Counted from the first letter of the stretch, positions 1 to 11,332 are shown. The stretch is 32,000 nt of DNA from Candidatus Saccharimonadota bacterium (GCA_963706795.1 OY970170.1:450001-482000), one strand, 5' to 3'. Notes: generated from the sequence alone by a model not told the origin. Made by a program: numbers and translations.

Positions 1-2172
1 ATCGGTGACAAACTTTGCCATCTCCGCACGTGAGACGATCATAGGGTCACCTTTTCCAAACTGCTTACTCGCACCAATGAGTTCAAAAGACGAACCATTC
101 ACACGAATATCTAGGATGAATGCATCATCGATAGTCTTAGTCAGTCCATAGAAGGATTTTTCGAATGGCTTTACAGCGATTGCAAATTTTTTGTCTCCGA
201 TGACAATCACCTGCTTTGTACTATCAAAGGCAATATTTCCAGTTGGGAGATTAATGCCAGCTTCCTTCATTTTAGGAGCATCAAGCTCTGACCAGTCGAG
301 CGTAATAGGAAAGTTAGTTGCCTTGTTGACCATGCTTGCCATCACTTCATCACGCTTAGTTGCGTATTGTGATTGTGCATTGGCGCTGTCGATCTTGGCA
401 CGCTCTGTCTGAATGGTTGCAAGCGCTGCAGCTGGCTTCGTAAGATATGCTTCGTTGTATCCCACAAGTGCAAGGAGTTGCTTGCGAAGTCCGTAGACAT
501 TCGCAAACCCCGTATCGAATTCTCCACCTGCAACTTGTTTGCGATACTGAGATTTAAATGGCTCAAACACATTATTTTTAATTGCTCCATTGATCACTGC
601 TCCAAGCGTATAGAGATCAGCCATGATCGCAGCGCGACTCGCATCATACTCTTTTGAAGCAAGAATCTTGTTTGCAATCGCTCGATATGAGCCGTCACTG
701 AGATTCTGGACGCTCATGTCCTTAAATTTTTCTACGAGATCTGGTGTGATCGCAGTACCCTGAAAGAGCGCGAGATATGGCTTGTTATGATTGAGTCGTT
801 CAGTAGCAGCTTTTTGAGCAGATTTCACTTCGTTAGTCTTGGCTTGCATGAGTTGGTTTTGCTTGTCGGCTTCGGCTTTTTGAGTTTGCTCGAGAGCAGT
901 TCGACTTTGAGTTTCGAGGGCTGTTTTGTGGTTTGCGCCAAGAGAATTGAGCTTTTGATAGAGTCCTTCGTAGTCGTTTTTAAAATCGGCTGATTCAAAT
1001 TTTGGTGTCTTGATCGCCTCATTTACTCAAGCAAGTTCGCCTGCAAATATTGCTGCCCAGAATTCTGGAGTGTCGATTTTTTGTTTTTGTTCGCGTGCAA
1101 ATTCAAAGAATGGAACAAGATTTTTACGTTTCAGACCTGAAAGATCAACTCATTTAATGAGTTCAATCTTTATAAGCTTTTTACTCTCAGGATCCGAACT
1201 TTCAGGCATGCCATTTTTTGAGAGCTGAGCAAGAATATTGAGCGACTTACGCTCTTCGAGCTCCTTTCCTACGCCCTCAATGGCCATGTCTCCATCGCTA
1301 TATCCAAGGAACTTTGCAAAAATATCACCCACAATCGGAAGACTCAGAAGCCACTTAAAGATTTCTTGTATAAACGAAGGCGCGGAAGCCAAAAAATTCA
1401 TACCCTTCTCCTTGAGTGCTTCAAGCGGGAGAATCTTGCGATCAATCTCTAAAATTTTGCCATTCAGAGAATTGAGATACGCACTAAGATCATCTTGTGA
1501 GAGCTCTGAAATTTGTGTAGGAATTTCACCACCTCTAAATCCTGCGACGAGAGCCGGATTTGAAAGAAATTTTGAGAGATTTACAGGCTTCGTTTTTTCA
1601 TCCAAAAGCTTCGTGAGTGGAACAACAGAACTATCGATGAGGTTCGTGATACGTTCCTCAAACGAATTTGCGCTCGTTTTCGCCTCTGTAGCTGCATCCT
1701 CTGGATTCGTTTTTTCTGGGGAAGATGTGAGAGCTTGGATGTATTCACCTTTTCAGAGATGATCTACTGAACTTTTGAGGGTATCAGTCGCTCATCCAAG
1801 GAGATCCATCGTCTCAGGATTTGAGAGTAGACGATCCATTGTCCCAAGAACCACACCCTTTTTTTCGGTAGGCGTAAGATTATATTTTTGGAATTTAGAC
1901 TCGATATATGCCGCAAAGGCTTTTTGATGCTCTGACGAGAAAAGCTCCGATTTTACACCAGCAAATACTCGGTCGAGTTCATGAGAACGTGCAACCTCAG
2001 GGAGCTGCGAAGAAGCATCTGTAGGCTTTGGAACTTCTGCAAGTACCTGCTTGGATTGATCTCTGACTTCTGCTTGTACGGTCGCTTTTGCAGCAATATA
2101 TTCCGTAGGAACAGGAATAGGTTTTTTGAGTGTTTCGGGAGTTGAACCCGTCTCAGAATGAAGAGTTTCCAT
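1..2172 (-). CDS. large hypothetical protein (>=724 aa, C-terminus runs off the window), coiled-coil rich, no recognisable domain
   Basis: ORF fragments 1792..2172 and 1150..1605 are in the same frame. I hand-translated the frame down to position 1 and found no TAA or TAG. There are four in-frame TGA codons (1792-94, 1753-55, 1150-52, 1027-29). ATG at 2172. Confidence 0.7.
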
Positions 2173-2223
2173 ATGAAAAAATGAATATTTGAGATTACTT
2201 TCTCATATTTTTGTCTTTTGTGC

Positions 2224-2248
2224 AAAAAACCACCCAATAGATGGGTGG
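2224..2248 (-). terminator. rho-independent terminator after the methyltransferase gene
   Basis: Stem ccaccca (2230-36) pairs with tgggtgg (2242-48), followed on the minus strand by a T-run (plus-strand aaaaaa 2224-29). Confidence 0.6.
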
Positions 2249-2268
2249 CCGAGTATGAACGAAGAAAT

Positions 2269-3705
2269 TTAGATGATCTTTTCAAGACGCACGACGGTCT
2301 CGATATGGTGTGTATGTGGAAACATATCTACAGGGATAACATCCGTGAGTCGATATTTGCCGCTTCAGAGCAAAATCTCAAGATCTCGCGCAAGCGTAGA
2401 AGGATTACAGCTCACATAGATCATCTCACTCACTCAAAACTTGAGCAGATTGAGCGGAGCGCTTGGGTGCATACCATCTCGTGGTGGATCGATGACAAGG
2501 CAATCCGCAAGCTTGCCTTGTGCAATATATGTATCAAGGAATTTTTCGACTGGAGCATTGACGGCTTCAAATTGCGTAACGCTATTTTCGTGAGCATTTG
2601 CCGTAGCATCGAGGCTCGCATCCGCGACTATTTCGACCGAATAGACATGAGAGAAGAGGTCTGCCAAAATAATTCCGATCGTTCCAGTGCCAGCATAGAG
2701 ATCAAGAAGCGTTCCACCTGGCTTTTTGATGAGTGAACGAACGGTTTCGTAGAGCTTCGTCGCGCCCAAACTATTTGTCTGAAAGAAGCTCTTCGGACGA
2801 ATCGTAAAGCGCTTTCCGAGAATTGCATCCTGAATAGTTCCCTTTCCAGCAAGAATAGACTGTTCACCCGTCACGATATCCGCTCGACCTGTGTTTTTGA
2901 GCAGGATATGAGCAACAATTGCCGGATGCTTTGCAACTTCACGCCAGACAGATTCAAAGGCTTGTTTGCCGGATTCGTCATAGCTGACGTCATTGGTATT
3001 CACGCTCCAAATGAGCATGATTTCACCGGTTGTTTTGGATTCTCGTAGGACGAGGTGACGATAAAACCCGATACCATTTCGTGGATCATACGTCGGAAGC
3101 CTACTCGCACGAGTTACGCGATCGATGATAGTAAAAATCTCGTTGACTGTATCGCTTGCAAGCACACAAAATGTGCAATCTACGATGCGGTCAAATTCGC
3201 CCTGCTTATGAAATCCAAATCGAAACTCATCATGTACTCATTCTTTAGCAGAGATGTATTTACCAAATGAGAACTCGACCTTATTGCGATATCCGTAAAT
3301 CTCAGGTGATGGAACAATCGGATGGAAAACCGGTGCTTCACCCTGCCAATATTTGCGGGTGGATTCCATACATTCGCTTACTTGTTCTGATTTGATGCGG
3401 AGCTGATCCTCATAGCCAATTGGGAGCCATTTACATCCGCCATAGACTTGGAAATGCTCGGGTAAATCGATCTCAATCGGAGATTTTTTGACTACATCGA
3501 GGAGCTGCGCCTCAAGATGGTGACTGCGAGATTTAAGTACGCGAAGATTTACAACTGAGCCAGGAATTACCCCGCCAGCAATCATGATCGCCTTGCCTTC
3601 GGCAGTGTGCGCAAGCCCCTTCCCCGAAAAGACGAGCTTTTCGACAGTGACATTTTGAATGATATCGTTCTTTTTCATGGCGGGAATTGTAGGGAAAAAT
3701 GCCAT
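2269..3705 (-). CDS. 23S rRNA (uracil-C5)-methyltransferase, RumA/RlmD/TrmA family (TRAM + class I SAM MTase)
   Basis: Fragments 3238..3705 and 2434..3165 are in frame and joined through TGA at 3238, 2434 and 2365. SAM motif LLDLYAGTGTIG; catalytic C-terminus IYVSCNPSTLARD...PVDMFPHTHHIETV. TAA stop at 2269-71. The start could instead be the MKKNDII Met at 3678. Confidence 0.85.
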
Positions 3706-3755
3706 TTTGTCATAAAAAAATCCCCGAATGATCGGAGATTTTAAAGAAGTATATT

Positions 3756-4298
3756 TTAGAATTCGAGGCCCTTGCTTGTGAGCTCGTAGAGCGTACCGTC
3801 AGATACGAGTGATGTAGATGCAAGGTTAATGGGCGTCGCTGCTTTGTTTTTACGAGCAAATGCAACCGTAAAGAGATCAGTGTTTGCTACGACATTCGCA
3901 GGAGTTTTAAAGCGAACAATGACGAGCGCTACACCATCGATATTCGAAACTTTGGAGATTTCGATATTTTTGTCTTCGTCATTTTCGAGATTGAGCATCT
4001 TGAGTGCTGTAGGATCGAAGAGAACCGTTGCCTGAATCTCGCGAACATTAGTCGCTTCGTGCATAAGTCGGAGCTTGATCATATCGGTTCCAGTACCTGC
4101 ATTGGCAATCACGATATCAGGAGTACCCGTCTCTTTCTTGCCTCAGGCGTATTCGATTGCAGAAGCCTGGAGCTTTACTCCAGTGTTTGTACCCATGAGA
4201 AACGCGTTTACTCCGATAGCAAATGCGAACGCACAAACCGCTATGGCAATATGTTTCTTGGTGTTTTGTTTTTTGAACTCAGTGAAAAGATCTTTCAT
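3756..4298 (-). CDS. hypothetical N-terminally membrane-anchored or secreted protein (180 aa)
   Basis: Extending ORF 3756..4112 upstream through TGA at 4143-45 reaches ATG 4298. The N-terminus is MKDLFTEFKKQNTKKHIAIAVCAFAFAIGVNAFLMG (signal anchor). TAA stop at 3756-58. Confidence 0.65.
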
Positions 4299-4340
4299 TT
4301 GGAAAAAATGTTTATTATCATGATCTTATCGTATCATCGC

Positions 4341-5000
4341 ATGCAGGTCAAACAAAAAGCACTTTCGATTGTTGGAGTGGACGAGGCGGGCCGAGGTTCA
4401 TGGGCCGGACCCGTTTTTGCTGCGGCCTTTGTCGTTCTCAGTCCAAAAGTCCTCAGAGCCCCTTGGTGGAAGATGCTCAATGACTCAAAAGTCCTCACTG
4501 CCAAAAAACGCGAATATCTCTTCGAATGCATCCACGAGGCAAAGACATCTGGATGGGTCGACTTTGCAATCGGACAATCATCTGCTCTACAAATCGATAC
4601 ATTTGGCATCAAAGAAGCCAACAGAATGGCCATGTCTCAAGCACTTCTCGCCATTCGACAAAATTGAAATATTAAGTCGCGTTTAATTCAGATCGATGGT
4701 AATGACAAATATCGCTTCCCTGAGCTCTGAGATATGGAGGTCGAGTTTATTATACGCGGAGACTCAAAAGTGAAGTCGATTTCTGCCGCTTCTATCCTTG
4801 CAAAAGTTGGACGAGACCAGCACATGACTGCTCTCGCAAAAAACAATCCAAAATATGGGTTCGAGATACACAAGTGATATGGGACAAAAAAACACATGGA
4901 AATGCTCACGCTTTTTTGACCGTCTTGCGATCATCGTGCGTCTTATGCACCCATAAAAAACTTGCTTTCGACCCCAAAAGACCTATATTTTTGTGGATAA
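4341..5000 (+). CDS. rnhB: ribonuclease HII
   Basis: [37 protein letters not shown], then HK[TGA]YGTKKH and LF[TGA][11 protein letters not shown]. Both of these TGA codons fall on Gly residues conserved in RNase HII (HKGY; HG..HR.SF.P). Four in-frame TGA; TAA stop at 4998-5000. Confidence 0.9.
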
Positions 5001-5010
5001 ATCACACCTC

Positions 5011-6048
5011 ATGAAAAAATTCCTCGTTCTTATATCGCTCCTGTCTCTTGGACTCGGAGCCAATCAGGCGTTCGCTGCAACCGGAGATGTCTCGGATGTA
5101 CAGAGCGCAGTACTCCAGTCTCTCACAAAGCTCGTACAGTCATATGAAGGGCGACTTACTACACTCGAAGACGAAGTAAATCGCCTCCGTATTGAAAACG
5201 AATCCCTCAGGGCACGGCTTGGAACTGGAACGATTGTTACAAAACCAACCGTCACTACTCCAGCAGTCGAGGCGGCAAAAACTCCCCAGGAGTTGAAATA
5301 CAACGCTATCATGTCAAACATCAATGTTGATCTCATGAAGATCCTCACTGATAACAATCTCACGGCCACAGGATCGATCGGACTCTTCGAATTTATCGAA
5401 CCAGATGCGTTCTTTATCTCAATCGATGACGGAGCAAATCCAGCGGGAGTTACGGCATTTAAGACGAAGATTCTCTTCAAATATGACGCAAATCTCAAGC
5501 TCACAACCGTCGGAGTATTCAGTCTCGATTATGCGTCTGGGCGCTACGTCACACTCAAAGGAAGCAACCCATACACGACCGGAACTCGAATCCGCGTAAA
5601 AAATCCAGCCTACAAAGGAAAACTCCTCGAAGAAAAAACTCCAACAACTACCGACGGAACTATCACTGCAACAAAGCCGACAAGCCCAACGGTTACCATC
5701 CCACCTACAACACCAGCTACCGGCACTGGGAGCACTGACGTAGCTACGCTCGATGCTATTCGTAAAGCCTACGAAAAAAACAAACTTGGACCAGCTGTTG
5801 AGCTCGCAACATCATACCTCGCCCAAAATCCTGGTAATGTTGAAGTCCTCACTATCCGAGCACGCAGCTACTACATCATCGGCAATCTTGAGTCAGCCAT
5901 CGTTGACATCAAGAGTATCTATGCAATCCAAAAGGACGCGATAGACTGTGGTATCGTCAATGACGGAGCCCGCGCCGAGAAGTCCCTCAAGGGAGCTAAG
6001 GGTACAGCTATCACCGACATCCAAACTGCAAAGTGTAAGAAGAAATAG
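5011..6048 (+). CDS. secreted hypothetical protein with N-terminal coiled coil, Thr/Pro linker and C-terminal TPR-like helical region
   Basis: ATG 5011 gives MKKFLVLISLLSLGLGANQAFA (signal peptide). The ORF runs uninterrupted to TAG at 6046-48. The product assignment is inference only. Confidence 0.7.
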   Translation: MKKFLVLISLLSLGLGANQAFAATGDVSDVQSAVLQSLTKLVQSYEGRLTTLEDEVNRLRIENESLRARLGTGTIVTKPTVTTPAVEAAKTPQELKYNAIMSNINVDLMKILTDNNLTATGSIGLFEFIEPDAFFISIDDGANPAGVTAFKTKILFKYDANLKLTTVGVFSLDYASGRYVTLKGSNPYTTGTRIRVKNPAYKGKLLEEKTPTTTDGTITATKPTSPTVTIPPTTPATGTGSTDVATLDAIRKAYEKNKLGPAVELATSYLAQNPGNVEVLTIRARSYYIIGNLESAIVDIKSIYAIQKDAIDCGIVNDGARAEKSLKGAKGTAITDIQTAKCKKK

Positions 6049-6065
6049 TTTATACGAATGATTTT

Positions 6066-6096
6066 AAAAACAGTGAACCAAGATTCACTGTTTTTT
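6066..6096 (+). terminator. rho-independent terminator
   Basis: Stem cagtgaa (6071-77) pairs with ttcactg (6084-90), followed by tttttt (6091-96). Confidence 0.8.
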
Positions 6097-6168
6097 GTTG
6101 GATGTTTAGTTTGCTGGCACTCACATTTAGTGGATCTCGCTGTCTCGTAATCGTCCGTTCATCGTCAC

Positions 6169-6332
6169 CCCACTCACATACCATCCGATTTCTTGGAGTG
6201 CCGCGAGGACTGTGCGAGCAAAAGCTCTAAAGTCAGTTAAATCACTCAACACACTCAAGCACGCTTTCCATTACAAGAGGCCTGCGAGTTCCACAACAAA
6301 CGAAAGAAATACGGATGAGTATGTGAAGTGGG
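6169..6332. repeat. long-range inverted repeat: a 26 bp stem enclosing about 109 nt (structured RNA or MITE-like element)
   Basis: 6169-6194 (ccccactcacataccatccgatttctt) pairs with 6304-6332 (aagaaatacggatgagtatgtgaagtggg). All 26 pairs are Watson-Crick, with three single-nt bulges in the right arm. It lies between convergent genes. Confidence 0.5.
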
Positions 6333-6375
6333 AGGAGGTAAAGGTGAAGCGAGAAAAATATCAAAGAAAGGACAC

Positions 6376-7626
6376 CTACACCTTCTCAATGATGGCCTTT
6401 GTTCCCTTTCAGAGGATGCTCTCGATAGTTAAGCGAAATCCGTGGGCCTCCGCGATCTTTTTGGCAACCGAGAGACCAAGGCCATGTCCTGAACCATGGG
6501 CACGAGAAGAATCTGCTTTGTAGAAGCGATCAAAAATAAATGGAAGTTTGTCAGGATCAATTCCTGATCAGTGATCTGTAATCTCAATACGATCTTGCGT
6601 AAAAGATATTTCAATCTTGGTATCTTTGTCGCTATATTTGAGTGCATTGCCCACCAGATTGAAGAGCACGGTTGCGAAGAGTTCCGGTGCGACTTCCCAG
6701 AGTACGGGCTTCTTTGGGGTAATGGTAAGCCTGTGAGCTTCTGCTGGGAAAAGACGAGTGATGAGGCTTTGAAGTTCGGTATGCTCGCGGACAAGCTCGG
6801 TATTCTCAAGACGAGCAAACAGAAGGAGCTTATCAACCAGCTCAGAGAGTGCGGCGGTCTCATCGAGAACACGGGCGATGGTTTTTTCGTATGTCTTTTT
6901 ATGAAGTCCAAGTTCGAGGGTACTTCGGAGTTCGAAGAGTCGATTCTTGAGCTCATGGGCAAGATCATCCGAAAACTGTTCAAGTCGCCCTGTATTTTGG
7001 ATGAGCCGTGCAAAAAGCTCATCCATCGAGGCTCAAAGCATGACAAATTCATCCTTTTTATCACCTGAGAGACCAACTCGCACGCTTTCGAATGGGCTGT
7101 GTGGATCGAAATCTTGAGCCTTCTTAGCCATGACACGAATCGGACGGAAAAGATACCATGTAAAAAAGAATGCAAGAAGCGACACCACTCAGAGAGCTAC
7201 AAGCGAGAGAATTCTCGTTCTCTTCACGAGATCAAATTTTGTACCGACAACATCTGTCACGTCATCCGCAACCGCAAAAATAGAGCCGTCTGGAAGCTTG
7301 TCAGGAAGTATCGCGTAATAGCGATCGCCAATTGGCTTAATATCTCAGGGTTGTATCCCATCTAGTGAATCGATCTGCTCAAAAACGCCAGATCGAAAAT
7401 TAACAACTCCATCAGCACCCACAAGGCAGACATTTTTGAGCTTCTTTTTAGCCTCATCAAGAGAGAGCATGGAGTGCATGTCAGATTTCATGATCGACAT
7501 TTTTTTGTCCTGCCAGTCTGCTTCGGCGAGCGAAAAAATCGCATAATTAAAAACTGCGAGTACCCCCATGACAATCGCCACAAAGAGGAGGAATATTTTT
7601 GTACGGGCCTTAAGCATCAATAACAT
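6376..7626 (-). CDS. sensor histidine kinase (two TM segments, HisKA + HATPase_c)
   Basis: Fragments 7345..7632 and 6568..7026 are in frame. H-box LAHELKNRL, N-box LFNLVGNALKYS, G1 ITDH[TGA]SGI (DxGxG), G2 GSGHGLGLSVA. Five in-frame TGA; TAG stop at 6376-78. The start (7626 or 7617) overlaps the end of the regulator gene. Confidence 0.85.
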
Positions 7627-8293
7627 AACCAACGAGTTTGATAGTACGAATAATGGGTGTCCCGAGTTTGCGTCTGAGATAGGCTATATGGACATTGATT
7701 GTGTCAGACTCGAGCGAAAAATCGGATCCATGGTCACCCCACACGAGCTCAAAAATCCTATCTCGCGATAGAACAATTCCCTTATTTTTGAGAAGCACAA
7801 CCAAGAGATCATATTCTTTGGGCGAAAGGGGAACTTCTTGGTTTTTGCGAAATACCTTGTGAGCCTCGAGGTCAACGCGGATATCACCGGTCACGAGCGA
7901 CGATTGAGTTGCGAGATTTTGAGAAATTTGCGTTCCTGATCTTCTGAGAATATTTTCGATACGAAGCTTTAATTCTTGGAGATCAAAAGGCTTTACGAGA
8001 TAGTCATCAGCTCAGAGTGAGAGTCATTCGATGCGGTCAATAGACTTGCCAAGAGCTGTGAGAAACAAAAATGGGATGCGGATTTTTTTCGCTTCTAAAA
8101 GTCGAACCAGACTGATCCCATCCATACGTGGCATCATCCGATCCAGGATCAAAAAATCAAAGCGATTACGGATGATCGCTTCGTAGGCTTCTTCACCATT
8201 GCTCACGCTCACAACATCAAAATGGTGACTTGTGAGATATTCGGCGATATTTTCGGCAATGATTGGACTATCTTCGGCAATAAGAATGCGCAT
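7610..8293 (-). CDS. OmpR/PhoB-family response regulator
   Basis: Fragments 8024..8293 and 7610..7894 are in frame. Receiver domain MRILIAEDS...LILDRMMPRMDG, then DRIE[TGA]LSL[TGA]ADDYLVKPF (canonical GL..GADDY). Winged-helix C-terminus ends VGYVIDA. TAA stop at 7610-12. Confidence 0.9.
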
Positions 8294-8470
8294 GAGGCGA
8301 TTATATTCCAGGATACAAAAGAAGCGAAGGTTTTAGATGCAACGTCATTTTTGACGCGAAGTTACCAAATCACTCTACTGTGCAAGATTAAGAATAGATT
8401 AATCCCGAACTTGCCATGCATCTCGAATACGATATCCTACACCCGTTTCTATTTCTTCATCTGGGATACT

Positions 8471-8695
8471 ATGAAGCTGTTCGCACTTTTTGCAGTTATC
8501 GCAAGCCTCCTCCTCAGTACTCAAGCATTTGCCGCTACGAGCGACACCGAAGGATTTGATGTACTTTTTAATAATGCCATGAAGACCTCCGCAACTATGA
8601 AGAAACCAACGGTCGTCAAAAAAGTGGTCACTAAAAAGCCAGTGAAAAAAATTATCATCAAAAAGAAGGTTCCAACTACTGGAGCGAAGCAATAA
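8471..8695 (+). CDS. small secreted lysine-rich protein (74 aa)
   Basis: ATG 8471 gives MKLFALFAVIASLLLSTQAFA (signal peptide), followed by a K/V/T-rich tail. TAA stop at 8693-95. Confidence 0.55.
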   Translation: MKLFALFAVIASLLLSTQAFAATSDTEGFDVLFNNAMKTSATMKKPTVVKKVVTKKPVKKIIIKKKVPTTGAKQ

Positions 8696-8700
8696 TCTAG

Positions 8701-9303
8701 ATGAATACCGTTACGCATCTCGCACTCAAATCAATAAAATGACAGCCACTCACGCGGGCGACTCAACTCATTTTTGATCAGAGTGGCATAAAAGAAGCTA
8801 TATCATCGCTTCCTCTTAGACAGGTTTTGATATTGTCAGATACCATCTTGCAGGAATGTAATCTGAAGCCTGGCGATCTGCGTGAAAATATCGTGGTTCG
8901 ATTCGATAATTTGCATGATTTGCCATCTGGAACAGTTATTCAAATAGGAGAAGCTCGTATTCGCTTAACTTTTCACTGTGAGCCGTGCAGAGTCGCGCTC
9001 GAAAAAGTCAGTCTCAAAAAAATACTCCATAGACGTTGAGTATTGGGTACATTTCTCAATGAATGAACAATCCAGATAGGCGATACTATTACTGTAACAA
9101 AGGAAATATTTGAATCCATCCCCTACGAACTTCCCGAAAGAATCAGATGGTATTTAGATGGACAGACATCTCCCGTTACCACAAGCAAGATGTTGCACGA
9201 TATCGGAGTGTCATCTGTGTACGCACGGGCTGTTCCAAAATTCCTCAAAAAATTACCTCAGTCATATGCTGATTTGGTAATATTTGCATCAAAAAAACCT
9301 TAA
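8701..9303 (+). CDS. MOSC-domain protein (YiiM-like)
   Basis: ATG 8701 is in frame with ORF 8827..9039, joined through three TGA codons. GDLRENIVV...IGEARIRLTFHCEPC...HRR[TGA]VLGTFLNE[TGA]TIQIGDTITV matches the MOSC beta-barrel pattern. TAA stop at 9301-03. Confidence 0.7.
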
Positions 9304-9309
9304 CGATAT

Positions 9310-9351
9310 AAAAAATCCTCCTTCGCCCTTGCGGGCCTCGGAGGATTTTTT
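9310..9351. terminator. bidirectional rho-independent terminator between MOSC gene and groEL
   Basis: aatcctcc (9314-21) pairs with ggaggatt (9340-47), with an inner gccc/gggc pairing. An A-run lies on the left and a T-run on the right. Confidence 0.8.
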
Positions 9352-9369
9352 GAGGAGTAAGTGTGAATC

Positions 9370-11016
9370 TTAGTACATTCCGCCCATTCATCCCATGCCG
9401 CCCATAGCTTCGTGGTTATGGGATTCTGATTGGTCCTTTTTTGGGGCTTCGACGATGAGCGCCTCAGTCGTGAGGAACATTCCGGCAATACTGATCGCGT
9501 TTTCGAGTGCGCAGCGGGCAACCTTTTTTGGATCGATGATACCAGATTTGATCATATCAACGAAGGTATCAGTTGCGGCATCATATCCGTAATTAATATC
9601 TGCGGATTTTACGATATCAGAGACAACAAGGGCACCTTCTTTGCCTGCATTTTCAGCAATCTGACGAACAGGATATGCGAGGGCTCGGGCCACGATCTGT
9701 GCACCAATCTCTTGATCACGGTTTGTGAGGCGGAGATTTGCGAGTGCACTTGATGCTTTGAGCAGCGCGACTCCTCCACCAGCAACAACACCTTCTTCGA
9801 CCGCAGCCTTAGTAGCATTGAGAGCATCTTCGATACGGAGCTTTTTTTCTTTCATCTCGACTTCGGAGGCGGCACCGACTTTGATGACGGCGATTCCACC
9901 AGCGAGCTTCGCGAGACGCTCAGCAAATTTTTCACGATCGTAGTCAGATTTGGTGTTTTCGATCTGAGAACGGATCTCATTAACGCGGCGAGCAATGAGG
10001 TCTTTGTCACCAGCACCACCGATGATAGTTGTTGAATCCTTCTTTGCGACAACCGTCTTGGCATGTCCGAGATGCTCAAGTGAAGCGATATCGAGTTTGT
10101 AGCCGAGTTCTTCGGTAATAACGGTCGCACCAGTGAGTACCGCAAGATCCTTGAGCATTTCTTTTTTGCGATCTCCAAATCCTGGAGCCTTGATCGCGAG
10201 AACATTGAGAATTCCCTTGAGCTTATTGAGGATGATACCAGTGAGCGCATCTCCGTCGACGTCATCTGCGATGATGACGAGATCGCGTTTCCCGTTACCA
10301 GCAAGTTGCTCGAGTACTGGGAGGATATCTTTGAGAGAAGAGACTTTTTTGTCCGTGATGAGGATATGAGCATCACTGATGCGTGCCTCCATTTTTTCGG
10401 CATCACTGACCATATATGGAGAGATATATCCGGTTTCAAATTTCATTCCTTCGGTAAGCTCGACTGCGAGACCAAAGGTTTGACCTTCTTCAACCGTGAT
10501 TACTCCGTCTTTTCCGACCTTGTCCATAGCGTCAGAGATGATAGCTCCGACTTCGGCATCTTGGGCAGAGATGGTCGCTACTTGAGCGATTTCTTCTTTG
10601 CTTGAGAGCATTTTTGCATTTTTAGCGAGCTCGATCTCGATGATCTCGCCTGCCTTCTTCATACCGTTCTTGAGCTCAATTGCGTTGATCCCTGAGCGGA
10701 TTTCGCGGAGACCTTCTTTGATCATCGCGTAAGTAAGAAGTGTCGCAGTTGTTGTTCCGTCACCAGCTGCGTCATTTGTGCGAGATGCTGCTTCTTTAAT
10801 AAGCTCGGCCCCCATGTTTTCGATTTTGTTTTCGAGCTCGATTTCTTTGGCGATCGTAACACCATCGTTGGTGATCTGTGGAGCTCCGTAGCCCTTAGAA
10901 AAAATGACATTGCGTCCTTTTGGGCCAATCGTCGCGGTAACCGTCTTTGCGACCTTCTCGATACCTGCGAACATCTGAAGACGTGCTTCGTCTCCAAAAT
11001 GGATGTTTTTAGACAT
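9370..11016 (-). CDS. groL: chaperonin GroEL (548 aa)
   Basis: The true start is [12 protein letters not shown] at 11016; the track ORF start at 11178 overlaps groES. The body matches GroEL throughout ([32 protein letters not shown]). The C-terminus reads AMGGMG[TGA]MGGMY, ending at TAA 9370-72, which restores the classic GGM repeat only if TGA is Gly. Confidence 0.97.
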
Positions 11017-11041
11017 ATGATATGAGTTATGTTGAGTAGAT

Positions 11042-11332
11042 TTATGCGACCTTTGCCAAGATATATTCGTATGCAACGATCTTGTATTTTTGACCGTCGA
11101 GCTCGACTTCATCGCCTGAATACTGTCCAGAGAGGACTTTGTCGCCCGTTTTGAGATCAATAGTGACCAATTTGCCATCCTTGTCGGTTTTACCAGGGCC
11201 TACGGCAACGACTTCGTAGATATATGGTCGCTCTTTGTTGGCTGATGCTGGGAGAATAATACCGCTCTTCGTGACATTTTCTGCTTCGAGACCCTTGAGA
11301 AGGACGCGATCCGAAAGTGGTTCGATATGCAT
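11042..11332 (-). CDS. groS: co-chaperonin GroES (96 aa)
   Basis: MHIEPLSDRVLLK...GIILP...YIYEVVAVGPG...GDKVL..YSG..V. It lies immediately upstream of groEL. TAA stop. Confidence 0.95.
   Translation of the reverse strand: MHIEPLSDRVLLKGLEAENVTKSGIILPASANKERPYIYEVVAVGPGKTDKDGKLVTIDLKTGDKVLSGQYSGDEVELDGQKYKIVAYEYILAKVA

Noticed and set aside
1238-1762. Long antisense or off-frame standard-code ORFs: 1238..1762(+), 6429..7175(-), 6571..7068(+), 9852..10439(-), 12959..13429(-), 20195..20734(-), 22271..22768(+), 22921..23649(+), 23831..24319(+), 24469..24900(+), 17946..18344(-)
   Set aside because: Each lies opposite or out of frame to a gene with family motifs or a much longer table-25 frame. 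Their translations are low-complexity (Ser/Leu/Arg/Cys-rich) with no motifs.
4059-4667. 202 aa ORF extending rnhB upstream
   Set aside because: The upstream 94 residues are antisense to the 3756..4298 gene and are not RNase HII-like. The conserved N-terminus starts at ATG 4341.
6100-6375. SRP RNA, tmRNA or another known housekeeping RNA in the convergent gap
   Set aside because: I could not find the SRP domain IV motifs (GGAA tetraloop with AGCA/GGUCAGG loops) or the tmRNA 5' GGGG / 3' T-arm-CCA ends on either strand. It is kept only as an unclassified structure.
9388-11178. 596 aa GroEL ORF with an N-terminal extension from the track
   Set aside because: The first 54 residues overlap groES in another frame and are not GroEL-like. 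The canonical start [10 protein letters not shown] is at 11016.
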